A DNA stretch of 64,000 bases, from NCBI GenBank assembly GCA_036521575.1, contig DATDHL010000638.1, forward strand, positions 9,908 through 73,907. The letters are read 5' to 3'. Each line of letters starts with the position of its first letter. Within the stretch, counting starts at the first letter, position 1. This DNA comes from Edaphobacter sp. (lineage in GTDB: Bacteria; Acidobacteriota; Terriglobia; Terriglobales; Acidobacteriaceae). The notes under the pieces were generated by a model. It saw only the letters and a program-made list of their open reading frames with translations, was not told where the DNA came from and did not search any database. Of this stretch, positions 59,780 through 64,000 are shown in pieces. A program made the translations under genes and the position numbers.

Positions 59780-60379
59780 ATGCGTGGTTTTCTGCGGTTC
59801 CTGGTTGTTCTTTTGATAGTGATGTTCACTGCTTTGGGCAGGGCTTCGGCGACTGAGGTAAAGATCTCCGCCAAGGCGCTGGAGCGAACGCTGAAGGCCC
59901 AGCTCTTCAACGGGCCTGAGGGGCGCTACTACATACGGGGCGACATAAACTCGCCTTGCTACGTATACGCGGACACGCCGAAGGTGAGCTTCGTACAGGA
60001 TCGCGTGGTAGTGCATGTCCACACGAAAGCAAAGCTGGGCACATCGATGCACGGGACCTGCGTGGGACTCTCCCTCACGCGCGAGGCGGACGTATCCGTG
60101 ATTCCCGATGCAGAGGGCGAGACCATCGGGTTTCGCGACGCACGCATTGAGGAGTTGAGCGGTTCCAAAGAGCTCGATTATTTCCTGGTGCCATTCCTGA
60201 GCCACAAACTCCCCCAACAGATGAAGGTGAATGCGGCTGATCTGATGCGGCAGGCACTGAGCCACTCGGTGGAGACGATGGGGTATGCGTTGTCGCTCAC
60301 GTCGCTGAAGATTCATTCGATGCTCGTGCAAGGCCAGTCGCTCGTTCTGGATGTCGATGCCGGGATGAGCGTGGACTGA
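59780..60379 (+). CDS. Secreted hypothetical protein
   Basis: Signal peptide ending ASA; 199 aa. Confidence 0.75.
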   Translation: MRGFLRFLVVLLIVMFTALGRASATEVKISAKALERTLKAQLFNGPEGRYYIRGDINSPCYVYADTPKVSFVQDRVVVHVHTKAKLGTSMHGTCVGLSLTREADVSVIPDAEGETIGFRDARIEELSGSKELDYFLVPFLSHKLPQQMKVNAADLMRQALSHSVETMGYALSLTSLKIHSMLVQGQSLVLDVDAGMSVD

Positions 60380-60441
60380 GTTCGCTCCCATAAAGACAGA
60401 TGGTGTAGGGTGAACCTTGCTGTGCCGTTCCGGGGGAGTGG

Positions 60442-62022
60442 ATGAATTGCGCTCGTCTGCCATGCGATGAAGCTGTCATTCTTGCAAAGCGCCCTGCCCC
60501 CGCGACGATGCCAGCCGCGATACCAGCGACGATGCCCGCAGGCGTATGGGTGCTGGCAGCCACGGTGCTGGGCACGAGCATGGAGTTCATCGACGGCACC
60601 GTCGTGAATGTCGCGCTACCGGCGATGCAGACAGGGCTGGGGGCAAGCGGTTCACAGGTGCAGTGGGTGGTGGAGGCCTACGCACTCTTTCTATCAGCCC
60701 TGCTGCTCGTTGGCGGCTCGATGGGCGATATCTTCGGACGGCGGCGGATCTTCGTGATCGGTGTAACCCTCTTTGCCACGGCTTCAGTCTGGTGCGGAGT
60801 CGCGCCGACGATACAGCAGTTGATCGCGGCACGCTGCCTGCAAGGAGTCGGTGGCGCGCTCCTGGTGCCGAGCAGCCTCGCGCTGATCAGTTCATGCTTT
60901 CCGCCCGAGACGCGCGGCAAGGCAATCGGAACCTGGTCGGGATTTTCTGCCATGATGATGGCGCTGGGCCCGGTATTGGGAGGCTGGCTCGTACAGCATG
61001 GATCCTGGCGATGGGTGTTTTTTGTCAACGCTCCCCTCGCAGTCGTGACGGTGACGATTGCCCTCCGCAAATTGCCCGAGAGCCGTAGTGGTGCCGCGGC
61101 TCACACGCTCGACTGGCGAGGAGCCGTGCTGGCCACCGCCGGACTGAGCGGCGTTACGTTTGCCTTGATCGAATGGACCCAGGGCGGGATGATCACGCGA
61201 GTGGCAGCAGTTGCGGGCGCTGCGCTGCTGGTGTCATTTGTATGGGTCGAGCAGCGATGCGAAGCGCCGATGATGCCGCTGGCCCTGTTCAAGAGCCGCA
61301 ATTTCGTTGGCGCGAATGTACTCACGTTCTTCCTGTACGCAGCGCTCGGTGGAGCATTGTTTTACCTGCCTCTCAATCTGATTCAAGTGCAGGGCTACTC
61401 CCCCACGGCTGCGGGAGCTGCGCTGCTCCCTCTGGTCCTGCTGCTGTTTGCGCTGTCGCGATGGTCAGGCGGATTGCTGGACAGATATGGCCCACGGTTA
61501 CCCCTGGTTGCAGGTCCGCTGATTGCCGCGACGGGTTACGCGCTGATGACGCGACCAGGCATCGGCGGTTCGTATTGGACGACCTACTTCCCGGCAATTG
61601 TGATTCTCGGATTGGGAATGGCAATAAGCGTCGCGCCCTTAACCACAGTCGTTCTGAACTCCGTCGATGAGAGCAGCACGGGAGCAGCATCCGGCGTAAA
61701 TAACGCCGCGTCGCAGGTGGCCGGGTTACTGGCGCTGGCCGTATTTGGACTGCTCTTCTTCCGCGTATTTTCACCATCTTTGGATCGAGGACTGAAGCGC
61801 GCGGAGGTTTCGGGCGAAGTCGCACAGCAGATCGATGATCAACGCACAAAACTGGCCGCAATTGAGACAGCCGACCCGCAAGGAAGAACTGCGGTGAACG
61901 AGGCGTTTGTCGCGAGCTTCCGCGTCGTGTTTTGGCTGGCCGCAGCTTTGTCAGGAGCAGCTTCTTTGAGCGCCGCAGTGATTGTCCGGTCGGAGAAGAC
62001 GACTCGTCCTGAACGAGCCTAG
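60442..62022 (+). CDS. MFS transporter, DHA2 (14-TM) family
   Basis: FIDGTVVNVALP, GDIFGRRR, ARCLQGVGGA, GPVLGG, WRWVFFVNAP. Confidence 0.93.
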   Translation: MNCARLPCDEAVILAKRPAPATMPAAIPATMPAGVWVLAATVLGTSMEFIDGTVVNVALPAMQTGLGASGSQVQWVVEAYALFLSALLLVGGSMGDIFGRRRIFVIGVTLFATASVWCGVAPTIQQLIAARCLQGVGGALLVPSSLALISSCFPPETRGKAIGTWSGFSAMMMALGPVLGGWLVQHGSWRWVFFVNAPLAVVTVTIALRKLPESRSGAAAHTLDWRGAVLATAGLSGVTFALIEWTQGGMITRVAAVAGAALLVSFVWVEQRCEAPMMPLALFKSRNFVGANVLTFFLYAALGGALFYLPLNLIQVQGYSPTAAGAALLPLVLLLFALSRWSGGLLDRYGPRLPLVAGPLIAATGYALMTRPGIGGSYWTTYFPAIVILGLGMAISVAPLTTVVLNSVDESSTGAASGVNNAASQVAGLLALAVFGLLFFRVFSPSLDRGLKRAEVSGEVAQQIDDQRTKLAAIETADPQGRTAVNEAFVASFRVVFWLAAALSGAASLSAAVIVRSEKTTRPERA

Positions 62023-64000
62023 ATCTTCTGTACCCGCTGCACTTCCCTCACTCCTGAAACCCGCCTCAATCGCTCCACCAGTCGGTTCAGATGCCGCACA
62101 TCCACCGTCTCGATCACGAAGTCAACAATCGCCGTCCCATCGCCATCCGGAGAAGGCTTCGAGTCCACGCTCCGAATGTTCGTCCCATCGTCCGAGATGA
62201 TTGCCGTAAACTCCTTCAGCATGCCCGTCCGGTCATCGCAGATCACCGTCAGCTTCACCGGATACGTCTGCGCCTTGGCCGCCCCCGGCTCACTCGGCGT
62301 CGGAGCCCACTCCACCTGAATCCGCCTGTCCGACTCATACAACAAATTCTGCACATTCGGACAGCTCCTGGCATGTACCGCCACGCCCTTGCCGCGTGTC
62401 ACATAGCCAATAATCTCCTCACCCCTGATCGGGTTACAACAGCGCGCCCGGTACACCAGCAGATCGTCCTGCCCCTCCACCTGCAGCGAGTCCGACCCCT
62501 TCCCAAAGAAGACCCGCTTCACCGCCTCCGACATCTGCCCGACGGCATTCCCCACGCCGCCCTCAGGAGCCGCCGGCTCAGCCGTCATCGTCGAACCCGG
62601 CTCCAGCTTATTCAAAACCTGCCGCGCCGAAAACTTGCCGAAGCCTACGCCAGCCAGCAGCTCCGCCTCGCTCCCCACGCCAAACTCCACGGCAACCTTG
62701 TCGAAGTCCGCCGCGCCATACTTATTCAGCGCCAGCTTGTACTTCCGAGCCTCACGATCCAGCAGCTTCTTGCCGATCTCAACCGCCCGTTGCCGCTGAT
62801 GCTCATTCAGCCAGTGCTTGATCTTGTTCCGAGCCTTCGAGCTCTTAGTAAAGCTCAGCCAATCGCGGCTCGGAGTATGCCCAGTCTGCGTCGAAATCTC
62901 GACAATATCGCCGTTCTTCAGCTTCGTCCGCAGCGGAACAATCCGCCCATTCACCTTCGCGCCAACCGTCGTATTTCCAACCTCGGTGTGGATCGCATAA
63001 GCAAAGTCGATCGGGCTCGCATCCTTAGGCAGCACGACGACTTTGCCCTTAGGCGTGAAGGTGTAGACCTCCTCCGGGTACAAGTCGATCTTCAGCGTCG
63101 ACATGAACTCGTTCGGATCGCTCATCTCGCGCTGCCACTCCATCAGCTGCCGCACCCACGCCAACCGCTGCTCATCCTTGGCGCTAACGTTGTCGTCGGC
63201 CTTGTACTTCCAGTGCGCCGCAATCCCCTCTTCAGCGACGCGATGCATATCCTCCGTCCGGATCTGCACCTCAAACTGATGCCCACCCTCAGCAATCAGC
63301 GTCGTATGCAGCGACTGATACAAATTCGGCCGCGGCATAGCAATAAAGTCCTTGATCCGCCCCGGCACAGGCCGCCATATCGAATGCAGCAGTCCCAGCA
63401 GCGCATAGCAATCCTGCACCGTATCCGTAATCACCCGGATCGCCAGCAAGTCATACACCTGGTCCACCGGAATCTTCTGGTCCTGCAATTTCTGCTGAAT
63501 CGAATAAAGCCGCTTAATTCGAGACTCCACCCGCCCCGGAATCTTGAACTCCTTCAGCTTCGCTTCCATCTGCACAACAATCTTGCGCAGAAACTCCTCG
63601 CCCGCCCCACGTAGCGCATCCACCTCATGCGACACCTGCTCATACCCGTAAGGATCGGTATACCGGAACGCCAGATCCTCCAGCTCCCCGCGCAGCTTGC
63701 CCATCCCCAGCCGATGCGCCAGCGGAGCAAAAATCTCCAGTGTTTCCCGCGCAATCTTCTGCTGCTTCTCCGGCTTCAGATGCTCCAGCGTCCGCATATT
63801 ATGCAGCCGGTCAGCCAACTTGATGATGACGACGCGAACATCCGTCACCATGGCCAGCAGCATCTTGCGAATATTTTCCGCCTGGTGATCCTCGCGATTC
63901 GCGAACTTGATCTTGTCCAGCTTCGTCACACCCTCAACGATGTGCGCCACCTGGTCGCCAAACCGCTTGCCGATCTCCACCGAGCTTACGTCCGTGTCCT
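62019..64000 (-). CDS. relA: Bifunctional (p)ppGpp synthetase/hydrolase (long RSH); 5' end lies outside the window
   Basis: KLADRLHNMRTL, YQSLHTT, EVQIRT, GIAAHWKYK, TGS domain (DFAYAIHT), CCNPIRG, ACT domain. Confidence 0.95.
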   Translation of the reverse strand, partial: DTDVSSVEIGKRFGDQVAHIVEGVTKLDKIKFANREDHQAENIRKMLLAMVTDVRVVIIKLADRLHNMRTLEHLKPEKQQKIARETLEIFAPLAHRLGMGKLRGELEDLAFRYTDPYGYEQVSHEVDALRGAGEEFLRKIVVQMEAKLKEFKIPGRVESRIKRLYSIQQKLQDQKIPVDQVYDLLAIRVITDTVQDCYALLGLLHSIWRPVPGRIKDFIAMPRPNLYQSLHTTLIAEGGHQFEVQIRTEDMHRVAEEGIAAHWKYKADDNVSAKDEQRLAWVRQLMEWQREMSDPNEFMSTLKIDLYPEEVYTFTPKGKVVVLPKDASPIDFAYAIHTEVGNTTVGAKVNGRIVPLRTKLKNGDIVEISTQTGHTPSRDWLSFTKSSKARNKIKHWLNEHQRQRAVEIGKKLLDREARKYKLALNKYGAADFDKVAVEFGVGSEAELLAGVGFGKFSARQVLNKLEPGSTMTAEPAAPEGGVGNAVGQMSEAVKRVFFGKGSDSLQVEGQDDLLVYRARCCNPIRGEEIIGYVTRGKGVAVHARSCPNVQNLLYESDRRIQVEWAPTPSEPGAAKAQTYPVKLTVICDDRTGMLKEFTAIISDDGTNIRSVDSKPSPDGDGTAIVDFVIETVDVRHLNRLVERLRRVSGVREVQRVQKI

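Overview
64 kb of high-GC bacterial chromosome, most likely Acidobacteriota subdivision 1 (inferred from the Oar-type TonB receptor, YXWGXW proteins and intergenic repeat style; not database-verified). It is mostly housekeeping and metabolic genes: dnaG, rpoD, ruvB, tal, murQ, gluQ, a carboxylase beta subunit, a DinB-like polymerase, a partial RelA/SpoT, GH5/GH27/GH31 hydrolases, a DesK/DesR-like two-component system with an ABC exporter, and an AbrB-Doc toxin-antitoxin module inserted between dnaG and rpoD. The strongest candidate for an undescribed system is at about 52.8-54.2 kb: a broken graspetide-synthetase-like ATP-grasp gene directly followed by a small protein with six tandem KP[E/D]xx cores that lack Ser/Thr. 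This looks like a RiPP locus that is decaying in this strain. Also notable are a circularly permuted glycerophosphodiester phosphodiesterase, a G-to-C strand-skew reversal near 20-27 kb, a HiPIP-like 4-Cys microprotein and several pseudogenes. No rRNA, tRNA, CRISPR array or intact transposase/integrase was seen. All assignments come from motif recognition by eye.
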